A stretch of DNA of 64,000 bases from Nitrosopumilaceae archaeon (lineage in GTDB: Archaea; Thermoproteota; Nitrososphaeria; Nitrososphaerales; Nitrosopumilaceae). Positions 10,149-18,065 of this stretch are shown here, in pieces. The stretch covers positions 512,001 to 576,000 of the forward strand of contig CBDBCR010000001.1 in NCBI GenBank assembly GCA_965203465.1, in the 5' to 3' direction. The first letter of the stretch is position 1, and each line of letters opens with the position of its first letter. Position numbers and translations under genes: made by a program. Under the pieces are notes generated by a model, which searched no databases, was not told where the DNA came from, and worked only from the letters and a program-made list of their open reading frames with translations.

Positions 10149-10907
10149 TCACAGGCGTATCAAGCGAACGCTCTCAGCGCGCGTTCTTGCCTCCAGCAGC
10201 CGGAGTACATTTCCATCGATCCGATCTACAAAGACCGCGATCGCCTCAAGCTCGGGGCCAGGCGCCATGACTGGAATCCGTGCCTCCCTTTCAGGCACTA
10301 GCGCAATCGCCATGGGGGTTCCAATCTTCTCGTCTGCGTCCAAATGCACGTGGCGGTATGTGTATTCTACCAGCGTGGCCCCTTCAACGCCGCGGATCGA
10401 GTCACCATTATACACAAGGAGGGCGTTTCTGAAATAGCGTTCGGCAGATCCAACGTCCCACGAGACTGCCTTGAACGGGTATTTTCCCATGTGGCCGCTA
10501 GTTCTAGTTTCTAATACGTCTAGCGCTTCTCTGACACTCGTTCCCCTAAACATGGCGGAGGCATTCCCATAGTCCCTCTTGTGCGCAGCGGCAACAGACG
10601 CCAAGTGCGCGTCCATCTCTTCCATGAGCTCTCTGCCGGCCGGCACGCGGGATACTTCCTCCCAGCTAGAGCCGTCATCGTCTGCCTCGCTGTAGCGCCC
10701 CAATATGCCCGCTTCCAGTTTTTTGGTTTTTTCGAGCCCCAAGTTTCTGACAGACTCGACATAGCCTGCGATCCGTAATTTGTGGACGCGCCGCCTCTCC
10801 CGCGTGCGCGCCTTTTCTCTATCAAACACGAGCCTGATCTCGTCGCGAGTTCCTCTGCGCCAAAAACTACCGCTGCCCGATCTGCTTCCGAACCCGTTCA
10901 CGTGCAC
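10149..10907 (-). CDS. Putative ADP-ribosyltransferase (R-S-E type) toxin/effector
   Basis: Motifs in ART order: MFRGTS (10542-10553), FKAVSWDVGSAERY (S at 10461-10463), PEREARI (ExE at 10284-10292). Lower GC than neighbours. TTTTAATTA box ~25 nt upstream of the GTG. Confidence 0.55.
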   Translation of the reverse strand: MHVNGFGSRSGSGSFWRRGTRDEIRLVFDREKARTRERRRVHKLRIAGYVESVRNLGLEKTKKLEAGILGRYSEADDDGSSWEEVSRVPAGRELMEEMDAHLASVAAAHKRDYGNASAMFRGTSVREALDVLETRTSGHMGKYPFKAVSWDVGSAERYFRNALLVYNGDSIRGVEGATLVEYTYRHVHLDADEKIGTPMAIALVPEREARIPVMAPGPELEAIAVFVDRIDGNVLRLLEARTRAESVRLIRL

Positions 10908-10941
10908 GATGCCCGCTCCGCACCGACGTAATTAAAACAAC

Positions 10942-11160
10942 CTACCCGTCCGGCTTTTTGTCGAACGACAAGAGCCACTCGCGCGACCTCGGGCTGAGAT
11001 CGTCTAGCGTCACGGGCCTTTGCGGCTCGTTGTCGATGAATATCCGCCTGGCCTCTTCCTCGGACAGGCCCGTCCACTTTGTCGCGTAGTATATGGCCGT
11101 CTCCAAAATCTCCGCCTCGGGCGCGCTTTCGACGCACACCTCACGCGCGTTCTCTATCAT
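10942..11160 (-). CDS. Small repeat protein, copy 3 (position of the paralogues' start codon reads GCG at 11178; next ATG at 11160)
   Basis: EYRERMIENAREVCVESAPEAEILETAIYYATKWTGLSEEEARRIFIDNEPQRPVTLDDLSPRSREWLLSFDKK; upstream promoter segment nearly identical to that of copy 1. Confidence 0.7.
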   Translation of the reverse strand: MIENAREVCVESAPEAEILETAIYYATKWTGLSEEEARRIFIDNEPQRPVTLDDLSPRSREWLLSFDKKPDG

Positions 11161-11195
11161 CCTTTCCCGGTACTCCGCGGAAGCTGCCGGCGCCC

Positions 11196-11224
11196 GCCAA
11201 TTTATCGCTTGCCGCCCCCTTAAA
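11196..11224. promoter_or_regulatory. Back-to-back TATA boxes for copy 3 (minus) and the VirB4-like gene (plus)
   Basis: ATAAAT on the minus strand at ~11199-11204 and CTTTAAA-like box on the plus strand at ~11218-11224, each ~25 nt from the expected start. Confidence 0.6.
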
Positions 11225-11245
11225 GCCGGCCCGCGCCCGCGGGCC

Positions 11246-13021
11246 GTGGAGTACACGGTCACGCCGGGCAACTTCGCCACCCTGCCCGAGGCCGAGCAGA
11301 GGAAGAAGGTCGGCGCGTTCCTGGAGCTGCTCAGGGCCATGACAAAGCCCGCGCGCATCACCCTGTCCCGCAAGGTGCTGCGCGTGCCGGTCGGCGGCAG
11401 CGAGACGGGCATGCCCGTGCTGCAGGTACGGATATCGAGCCCCGAGCCGCTCGGACGCGCGCTCGAATCGCTGCGCTACGAGTACGCCGAGAACCTGGGC
11501 TCGAGGGGGGCGCGGGCGGTGCGCGAGCACCTGGACTGCGTCGAGATAGAGGCCGGCGGCGCGCGGGCGTGGGCCAGGTGCCTCACGCTGGCCTCGGTCC
11601 CGCGCGAGCTGCCCTGGGGGTGGCTGGCCACGTCGGTCTTTCCGGCGTGCCACGAGGCATCCGTCTGGGTGGAGCCTGTCCCGCACGCCGAGGCGCTCTC
11701 GCGCGTGCGGCGCCGCCGCGACCTGGTGTACGAGGCCTCGCTGCGCTCGCGCGAATCGGCCGACGAGTACGCCGCGCTCGGGAGGGCCGAGGAGTCGATG
11801 CGCGCCAGCCGCTCCGGCCTGTACCGGTGCCGCGTGGTCTGCACGGCCGCCTCGCGCGAGCGGCGGGGCCTGAGGGGGGCCGTCCGGGCGCTGCGCGAGG
11901 CCGCCTCGGCCTCGGGGGCCGCCTTTGCCTGGCAGCGCGGCATGCAGGCGGCCACGCTGGGCGGGTGGGGCAAAAAGCTGGACTTTGACCTGGGCAGCAT
12001 GTCGTGCCTGTACCCGTTCGTCTCGGGCGACATGCTCGAGGTGCCCAACGGCCTGGCGCTGGGCATAAACGCGGACAGCGGCGCGCCGGTCATATTCGAC
12101 TTTGCGCGCCGCTCCAACTACAGCATGGCCATAATCGGCACGTCCGGCTCCGGAAAATCGTTCACCGCGAAGATGATCCTGCGCCGCCTGCTCTCAAAGC
12201 ACCCAGACAGCCTCTGCTTCGTGATCGACCCGATGGGCGAGTACCACCAGATATCGGCGGACTTGGGCCTCGAGGGGGTGCGCCTGACCGGCGGCGGCAG
12301 CCTGGGGCTGGACCCGTTCCGGCTGCTGGCCCCGGCCGACGCGGCGGACATACTGGGGCGCGTGACGCGCGCCCCCGAGGAGATAGTCAAGCAGTTCCGG
12401 CGCTTTTCGGACAGGGTCGGAAGCGTCGCGCAGCTGCACGCCTCGCTGGACCCGTCCTCGCGCAGGTGGCTCGACGATCTCGTCGAGGGCCCGCTCGCCG
12501 GCCTCATGCGCAGCGAGCCGCGCTTCCCCGACAGGCTGGTCATGTCGATGAGGAGGGCCGACGGCAAGCCCCACGAGGCGATGCTGCTGGTGCTCGCGCT
12601 GGCGCGCGTCTGGCGCCGCATAGAGGAGCTGCCGCAAAAGGCGCAGAAGATAGTCCTGCTCGACGAGGCCTGGATGCTCTTCAAGATGGAGGGGGCCGCG
12701 CGGTACGTCGAGCAGCTGGTGCGGATGGGCCGCAAGCGCAACGTGCTGTTTTTGTTCGTCTCGCAGAACGTCGGCGACGTGGCCGGCGGGGGAGGCGGCG
12801 CGCCGCGCATCATAGACAACATGGAGACCAAGATACTGATGAGCATGGAGGAGGACGCGGCCGACGAGTCGGCCCGGGTGCTGGGGCTGTCCGAAGAAGA
12901 GTGCTCGAGGCTAAAGTCGTTCGAGCCGGGCCACGCGATACTGATCACCAAAAAGCACCGGCTCCACGTGCGGCTCGAGCCGTCCGCCGAGGAGCTGGAG
13001 CTGTTCGACACGTCGCCATGA
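11246..13021 (+). CDS. VirB4/CedB-like (HerA-FtsK superfamily) ATPase
   Basis: 'LALGINADSGAPVIFD', Walker A GTSGSGKS, 'VIDPMGEY', 'LDPF', Walker B 'IVLLDEAW', 'RMGRKRN...SQN'. GTG 11246 follows a TATA box. Confidence 0.88.
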   Translation: MEYTVTPGNFATLPEAEQRKKVGAFLELLRAMTKPARITLSRKVLRVPVGGSETGMPVLQVRISSPEPLGRALESLRYEYAENLGSRGARAVREHLDCVEIEAGGARAWARCLTLASVPRELPWGWLATSVFPACHEASVWVEPVPHAEALSRVRRRRDLVYEASLRSRESADEYAALGRAEESMRASRSGLYRCRVVCTAASRERRGLRGAVRALREAASASGAAFAWQRGMQAATLGGWGKKLDFDLGSMSCLYPFVSGDMLEVPNGLALGINADSGAPVIFDFARRSNYSMAIIGTSGSGKSFTAKMILRRLLSKHPDSLCFVIDPMGEYHQISADLGLEGVRLTGGGSLGLDPFRLLAPADAADILGRVTRAPEEIVKQFRRFSDRVGSVAQLHASLDPSSRRWLDDLVEGPLAGLMRSEPRFPDRLVMSMRRADGKPHEAMLLVLALARVWRRIEELPQKAQKIVLLDEAWMLFKMEGAARYVEQLVRMGRKRNVLFLFVSQNVGDVAGGGGGAPRIIDNMETKILMSMEEDAADESARVLGLSEEECSRLKSFEPGHAILITKKHRLHVRLEPSAEELELFDTSP

Positions 13022-13437
13022 GGCGCGCCGTCCACGGCCTGCTCTCCGTGGCCATGCTGGCCGGCATGTCGCTGGCGCTGGCCGGCGCCGTCGCGGCGGT
13101 CATGTCCGACGCGTCCGACGTGGCCTCGCGCGAGGCGCGCTGCCAGGTCTGGCGCGCCGAAATCCACGCCACGTCCGACTCCACCTCGTACGCGGCCGTC
13201 TCGGCGGCAAACCTCGGGTCCGTCCCGTGGTCCTCGGCGTCTGCCAGCTTTGCCGGCGACGGCGGCGCGCCCGCGCGGCTGGCCGCGGAGGGGCCGGTGC
13301 CGGCCGGCGGCTCGTGGCGCGCGGCCGGGCCGGTCGCCGCGCAGGTCAGCCCCGGCGCCGAGTACCTGGTGCTCGTCTCGGCCTCGGCCGGGGACGGCTC
13401 CGAGGCGCTGTGCACGCGCCTGGCGCGCGCCAGGTAA
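13018..13437 (+). CDS. Archaeal pilin-like protein with class III signal peptide
   Basis: ATGA overlap with the VirB4-like gene; MRRA|VHGLLSVAMLAGMSLALAGAVAAVM hydrophobic N-terminus; 'VSAANLGS' and beta-rich C-terminus. Confidence 0.7.
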   Translation: MRRAVHGLLSVAMLAGMSLALAGAVAAVMSDASDVASREARCQVWRAEIHATSDSTSYAAVSAANLGSVPWSSASASFAGDGGAPARLAAEGPVPAGGSWRAAGPVAAQVSPGAEYLVLVSASAGDGSEALCTRLARAR

Positions 13438-13456
13438 GTAGTATTCAATGGGGGTA

Positions 13457-13509
13457 CCGGAATCGGCGAGGAGTTAAATGAATGGCATTTAAGCCGGCCG
13501 GAATCGGCG
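13457..13509. repeat. 12-bp direct repeat flanking a 7-bp inverted repeat
   Basis: CCGGAATCGGCG at 13457-13468 and 13498-13509, around TTAAATG-aatgg-CATTTAA at 13474-13492. Confidence 0.6.
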
Positions 13510-13575
13510 CACCAAAACGCGAAAACGGATTTTGTACAGAGCCTGCCTTAAATAACGCGCGCGGCGGGGCGCCGC

Positions 13576-13911
13576 GTGGAGCCGGTGAGCAGGTTTTGGG
13601 CGTGCTTTTTCGCCGCCTCGATCTTTGCGCTGCTCTGGACGCAAAAGATGAAAAAGACCAGGCGGTGGCTTGCGGTGTCGGCGCCGTTTTCGGCCGCGCC
13701 GTACTTGGTGATACTGGCAATGTCGTACCTCGAGCCCGGGTTTGCCGGCTTTGACGAGGCGCTGGCCGTGCTGCTTGCAAGCGTGGCGGTGTTCGTGTGG
13801 GTTCCGCACGTGGCCGTGGCGGTCTTGCTGATGTTGCGCTGGACGGCGCGCTACAACCTCGAAAACTTTGGCGCGCGCTCCAAAAAAGAGTGGAAGGCCG
13901 GCAGGCCCTGA
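13576..13911 (+). CDS. Small integral membrane protein (~3 TM)
   Basis: Three hydrophobic segments; TTAAATAA box ~25 nt upstream. Confidence 0.65.
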   Translation: MEPVSRFWACFFAASIFALLWTQKMKKTRRWLAVSAPFSAAPYLVILAMSYLEPGFAGFDEALAVLLASVAVFVWVPHVAVAVLLMLRWTARYNLENFGARSKKEWKAGRP

Positions 13912-13919
13912 TCTCGGCC

Positions 13920-14315
13920 TCAGCCGAACTCGAACATCTTGCCGCTCTCCGAGATCACGCGGACCGCCCCCGTCCCGTTGACGGCCAGCGTGCCGAGGCC
14001 GCCCGATTCTATGTAAGAGGCCGGCGCCCCGGCCTGGTCGGAGAGCGCGTAGGGGACGGCCGCCCCGTTCAGCACCACTCCGGAAACCGCCACGTCGCGC
14101 TCGCCTATCGACGACAGATAAACCGTGGTGGTTCCGTTGGCCGAATAAACCCACGTCTGGACCAGCAGCTCGCCGGCCCGGTTGCGCGAATCCTCCATCA
14201 TCTCCGAGACGCCCTGCGAGTGCGAGCCTATCTGGCGGCCCGATTCGGCCACGAGCGGGCCGAGCACCAGGGCCGCCACGCCGAACAGGGCCGCTGCCGC
14301 CATCACCTGGTTCAC
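13920..14315 (-). CDS. Pilin/ArlF-ArlG-like protein
   Basis: N-terminal hydrophobic helix, then 'RAGELL...VYLSSIGERDVAVSGVVLNG...VISESGKMFEF', typical of archaeal minor pilins. Confidence 0.6.
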   Translation of the reverse strand: MNQVMAAAALFGVAALVLGPLVAESGRQIGSHSQGVSEMMEDSRNRAGELLVQTWVYSANGTTTVYLSSIGERDVAVSGVVLNGAAVPYALSDQAGAPASYIESGGLGTLAVNGTGAVRVISESGKMFEFG

Positions 14316-14336
14316 GCATGAAGCGGCCCGGGCCCG

Positions 14337-14352
14337 TTAAAGGGCCCTTTAA
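14337..14352. promoter_or_regulatory. Perfect 16-bp palindrome forming a divergent promoter
   Basis: TTAAAGGGCCCTTTAA midway between the divergent starts at 14315 and 14374; AAGCGGCCCG repeated at 14321 and 14351. Confidence 0.65.
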
Positions 14353-14373
14353 GCGGCCCGCGCACCGACCCCG

Positions 14374-16053
14374 ATGCTCCACTGCCTGCTGCGGGCGGCA
14401 AGGCGCCGCCGCCGGGGATTCCTGTTCACGATGCCGCTCATGCTCGGCATGGGCGTCATCATGCTCGCCGCCATGGTTGCCATATCGCAGGTCTTCGTGA
14501 CCGTCGGCGGGCCGGCCGTCCCCGACCTGCTCTCGGACATGCCCACGCTCTTCGAGTACGAGGGGGGCAGGAGGGTGCCCGAGGGCCTGCCGCCCCTGTC
14601 GGGCCCGCCGGGCCCCGAGCTGGCAGAGAGCCACCCGTCGCTTGCCATGTACGGGCTGACCGTCCAGATAGCCTTCGGGATATTCGCGGCGCTGCTGATG
14701 CTGGCCGGCGTCTCGTACTTTTTCGAGGAGATGAGCCTGGTGCGGCCCGGCACGGCGCAGGCCATGGCCGCGCGCATGGCCGTGCTGGCCCCCCTGTACC
14801 TGGCCCTGCCGCTCGTCTGGGACACCGCGGCCCTGCTCATCGAATCCTCGTCCCTGTACCTGATGGATCCGTTCGGCGGCGACCCGCACGGCCGCGCCGC
14901 CCGGCTGTGGTGCATGATGGGGTCGGCAGCCTGCACGGTGGACGGGACCACCGTGAACCCCGTAGACGCGTTCGGCGAGATCGGCGCGTTCGACCGCGAA
15001 TCCGCGCTGAGCCTCGACTCGTGGAGCGGGGCCCTGCAGAGCCCGCTTGCCGGCGAGGGGTTCGCGGTCAACGTGCTGCTGGCCCTCTTCAAGGGGTTCG
15101 CGGTCATGTTCATGACGGCCATGATGTTCGTGCTCTCGGCGGTGCGCGTGGTGCTCACCGAGGTGGTCGTGGTTTCCTTTCCGCTCGTCACGGCCGTCGG
15201 CCTCATACCGTGGATAAACACGTCGGGCATCTCGGACATGTTCCAGCGCAACCTGGTGGGCCTCTCGCTGGCCCCGCTCATGTCTGCCGTGGTCCTGTCT
15301 GTAGGGATGTCGGCCATCGACTCCCAGCAGGTGCCGCCGCTGCGCGCTTGGTTCCAGATGCTCTCGGTGGGGTTCCTGGCCGTCTTCTTTCCGGTCATGC
15401 TCTCGCCGATGCTGGGCAACCTCTCCTCCAAGGTAGGCGAGATGGTCTCGACGTCGATAAGGTCGGCCACCTCGGCCGGCTCGGCGGGCCTGCAGGGGGC
15501 AGCGCGCGGGGCCGCGCGGGCCTCGGAGGGCCTGGAATCGGCTGCCGGGGGCGTGCCGTCCGCCCTCATGGGCTCGTCCGCTTCCGTCCCGCTGGGCGAG
15601 CGCGTGCGCGCGTACGCCGGGGCCGGCGCGGCGGGGATGCTGGGCGGCCTCGGCTCCGGCATCCTCTCCTCGTCGGCCGCGCGCCTCGGCGCCGGCGCGG
15701 CGGGGGCCTCGGCCGTGGCCTCGGCGGCCGACGGGAGGGCGCGCTCGGCGGGCCTCGGGGCCGGCGCGCGCGCCATGGCAGCGGCGGCCGCGCGCGACAT
15801 CGGGCCGGCGCTTCGGCCCGAGCCGCCGCGGGTGAGCGGGGCCACCCTGATGAACCCGGCCGTGCAGCTGGCCTCGCTCGAGGACGGCTCGGTCGATGCG
15901 GGCATGAGGCTGGCAGGCGACCCCGACGGGGGCGCGCGCCTAGCCCGCGCGTACTCGGGCCGCTCCAAGGTCTCGGCGGAGGAGGCGCGCGAGATGTCAA
16001 AGCTCATCGGCGCGAACCCGGCCGGCGCGGCCCGGCTCCTGGGCCGGAAATGA
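14374..16053 (+). CDS. VirB6/TrbL/CedA-like polytopic membrane protein
   Basis: Multiple TM helices, 'SAVRVVLTEVVVVSFPLVTAVGLIPW', and a long Gly/Ala-rich cytoplasmic tail as in TrbL/VirB6; near a VirB4-like gene. Confidence 0.65.
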   Translation: MLHCLLRAARRRRRGFLFTMPLMLGMGVIMLAAMVAISQVFVTVGGPAVPDLLSDMPTLFEYEGGRRVPEGLPPLSGPPGPELAESHPSLAMYGLTVQIAFGIFAALLMLAGVSYFFEEMSLVRPGTAQAMAARMAVLAPLYLALPLVWDTAALLIESSSLYLMDPFGGDPHGRAARLWCMMGSAACTVDGTTVNPVDAFGEIGAFDRESALSLDSWSGALQSPLAGEGFAVNVLLALFKGFAVMFMTAMMFVLSAVRVVLTEVVVVSFPLVTAVGLIPWINTSGISDMFQRNLVGLSLAPLMSAVVLSVGMSAIDSQQVPPLRAWFQMLSVGFLAVFFPVMLSPMLGNLSSKVGEMVSTSIRSATSAGSAGLQGAARGAARASEGLESAAGGVPSALMGSSASVPLGERVRAYAGAGAAGMLGGLGSGILSSSAARLGAGAAGASAVASAADGRARSAGLGAGARAMAAAAARDIGPALRPEPPRVSGATLMNPAVQLASLEDGSVDAGMRLAGDPDGGARLARAYSGRSKVSAEEAREMSKLIGANPAGAARLLGRK

Positions 16054-16340
16054 TATTCCTGCGCCCCGGCGAGAGGCTCGCCCTGAAAGCCCGGGTGCTC
16101 TCGCGGCACGGGCGCGGCGCGCTGTGCGTCACGGACAGGGCCGTGGCATGCGAGATAGACGGGCGCGGCCTGTTCCTCAACTTCGTGCCGCGCGGTTCCC
16201 TGCGCCCGCTCGAAAGGATGGGGCGCTCGCCGTCGGGCACGCGGCTGCGGCTGTCGTGGGAGGAGGGCGGCGCCGTTCACCGCTTCGAGTTCCGCGCCGC
16301 GGATCCGGGGCCGCTGCTCTCCGAGCTAGGCGGCCGGTAG
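16050..16340 (+). CDS. Small PH/GRAM-like domain protein
   Basis: ATGA overlap; 'LRPGERL...GALCVTDRAV...LRLSW...RFEFRAADP..LLSEL' fits a beta-sandwich plus C-terminal helix. Confidence 0.55.
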   Translation: MIFLRPGERLALKARVLSRHGRGALCVTDRAVACEIDGRGLFLNFVPRGSLRPLERMGRSPSGTRLRLSWEEGGAVHRFEFRAADPGPLLSELGGR

Positions 16341-16711
16341 GCCGGGCCGGATCGCGCCGGCGGACGGCGCGCGGCCAAGACGGCGGACCGCCTTGTCTGC
16401 CAGATCTGAGGTATGTTTTCCGATGGCGCCAAAATTGGCCCGCAGCACTCGGCGCTTTTCCTCGCCCGTCATGCCCTTCCCCGTCGCGGGCCACACGACG
16501 CGCATGACGCTTTCTACCGCCTCGCGTTCTAGCTCCCCGCGGATCTCTGGGCCTTCTATGGGCAGAGGCACGATGACGTCGACGAGCTCTTCGGATCTTT
16601 TTTCCACTCGACGGACTTTTTGTCGACGGCGGGGTCGCGCTTGACCGCCTTCAGCCTCGCGATCTCCCCATTCAAGCCTTCCACGGTACGGGAGGGTCGG
16701 GCCTTTTGCAC
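16326..16711 (-). pseudogene. Hypothetical protein split by a frameshift at an A6 run
   Basis: TTTTATAC box, GTG at 16711, MQKARPSRTVEGLNGEIARLKAVKRDPAVDKKSVEWKK; the coding-like sequence continues in another frame (RSEELVDVIVPLPIEGPEIRGELEREAVES...) after GGAAAAAAG at ~16597-16605. Confidence 0.5.
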
Positions 16712-16895
16712 GCCCCCGGGGCCGTTTTTGGGCGTATAAAAGATCTGGATCGGGGCAAAAACCGAGCATGCGCCTTGCCCCCCGCTGTCCGTACCGCGCG
16801 CCGGGCGGGGCCCGCCGTGCGCGGCTGCCCGAGCCGGCCGCCCCTTTTCGCAGGCTCGGCCAACGTTTATCAGCTCTGCGGGAGCGCGCGCGGCA

Positions 16896-17577
16896 TTGGG
16901 GCGCGACTTCATCGAGGCGCTGGGACGCCGAATACGAGCGCGGGCGGTACGCGGGAGAGCCGCCAGTAAAATTCACCGAAACGATACTGGAGGCGGTGGC
17001 CGGCTCGGCCGGCCTGTCGGGCGGCAGGGGCCTGTACGTGGGGTGCGGGAACGGGCGCGACTTCGCCCGGCTCGTATGCAGAGGGCTAAATCTAACGGGA
17101 ATCGATCCGTCGCCGGCGGCGATCGGGCAGCTTGCCGCGCGGTGCCCGTCGGCCGCCGGCCGCATGAAGTGCACCGACATGGAGAGCTTCGAGCCCGGCG
17201 CCCGGTTCGACTACCTCGTAGCCATACAGGTGTTCCAGCACGGGGACGCCGCTTCTGCGGCGCGGCATTTCGAGCGGGCCGCGCGGCTGCTCCGGCCCGG
17301 CGGCGCGCTGTTTTTGCGCGTAAACTCCGCGTCCACCGACGTCTATTTCGGCCACCGCGTAAAGGAGACGACGGCCGGCGGCAGCTCTACCGTCAGGTAC
17401 CTAGAGGGACCCAAGAGGGGCACCGACGTGCATTTCTTTTCCGGGCGGGATCTTGCGGGGCACCTACTGCGCGCCGGCTTCGAGCTTGAGGCCGGGCCCG
17501 ACGAGGACAGGTTGGCGCGCAGGCCGCCAAAGACCGGGACGTGGTCGCAGTGGGAGGCGGTGGCCAGCAAGGCGTGA
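16896..17577 (+). CDS. Class I SAM-dependent methyltransferase (start region probably frameshifted)
   Basis: Motif I 'LYVGCGNGR', 'GIDPSPAAI', 'FDYLVAIQVFQH', 'LLRPGGALF'. The TATA-supported TTG at 16896 is out of frame with 'WDAEY'. Confidence 0.75.
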
Positions 17578-17642
17578 TCGGCGCAGCGCCGATGCCGCGC
17601 GATCCGCCCGCCGGCGTTTCGCCGCCAATCCTGCCCGGCGCC

Positions 17643-17924
17643 CTAGGACCGGCCCGCACCGCCCGGGACGGGAGCGCGGCCCGCGCAGCCGGCCAGCAGC
17701 AGCTCGTGCAGCCTGCGCGCGCCGGGCGCCTCTACCGAGTACAGCACCAGCCGCCCGCCGATCTCGGCGTTGACCGTCAGGCGCCGCCGGCGCCTCTGCA
17801 CGCAGCGCACCGCCGAGTACGGCACCTCGCGGCAGCCGGCCCCGTGCTCTATGCGGAGCCTGTCGGCGCCCGCGTGCACCACGCAGGCGCGCCCGTTGAC
17901 CTCGGCCCTGAAGGGGGTATCCAC
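17643..17924 (-). CDS. Small PH-like domain protein
   Basis: MDTPFRAEVNGRACVVHAGADRLRIEHG...EVPYSAVRCV...LTV...LYSVEAPGARRLHELL; TTTTAC box ~25 nt upstream. Confidence 0.5.
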   Translation of the reverse strand: MDTPFRAEVNGRACVVHAGADRLRIEHGAGCREVPYSAVRCVQRRRRRLTVNAEIGGRLVLYSVEAPGARRLHELLLAGCAGRAPVPGGAGRS

Positions 17925-18043
17925 GACTGCCGCCGCCCGGTTCCGTAAAAGGGCCGGCCCCGCCCGGCCCCCCGGGGCCCCGCCTCGGGGTGCCCCCGCG
18001 GGGGGCCCCCGGCGCGCGCGTTTTTCCGCCGGCCATAAATAGG

Positions 18044-18064
18044 GGTACCGTACGGTACGGTACC
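18044..18064 (+). promoter_or_regulatory. GTAC-repeat palindromic operator-like site between the TATA box and the start of the TFB-like gene
   Basis: GGTACCGTACGGTACGGTACC (four GTAC at 5-nt period) directly after CATAAATA. Confidence 0.55.
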
Positions 18065-18065
18065 A

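Noticed and set aside
9495-11178. Three repeats as template and variable regions of a diversity-generating retroelement
   Set aside because: Differences are not restricted to adenines, many are synonymous, and no reverse transcriptase is in the window.
8014-14315. Archaellum operon
   Set aside because: No ArlB flagellins, ArlH or ArlJ, and VirB4/VirB6-like genes are not archaellum components.
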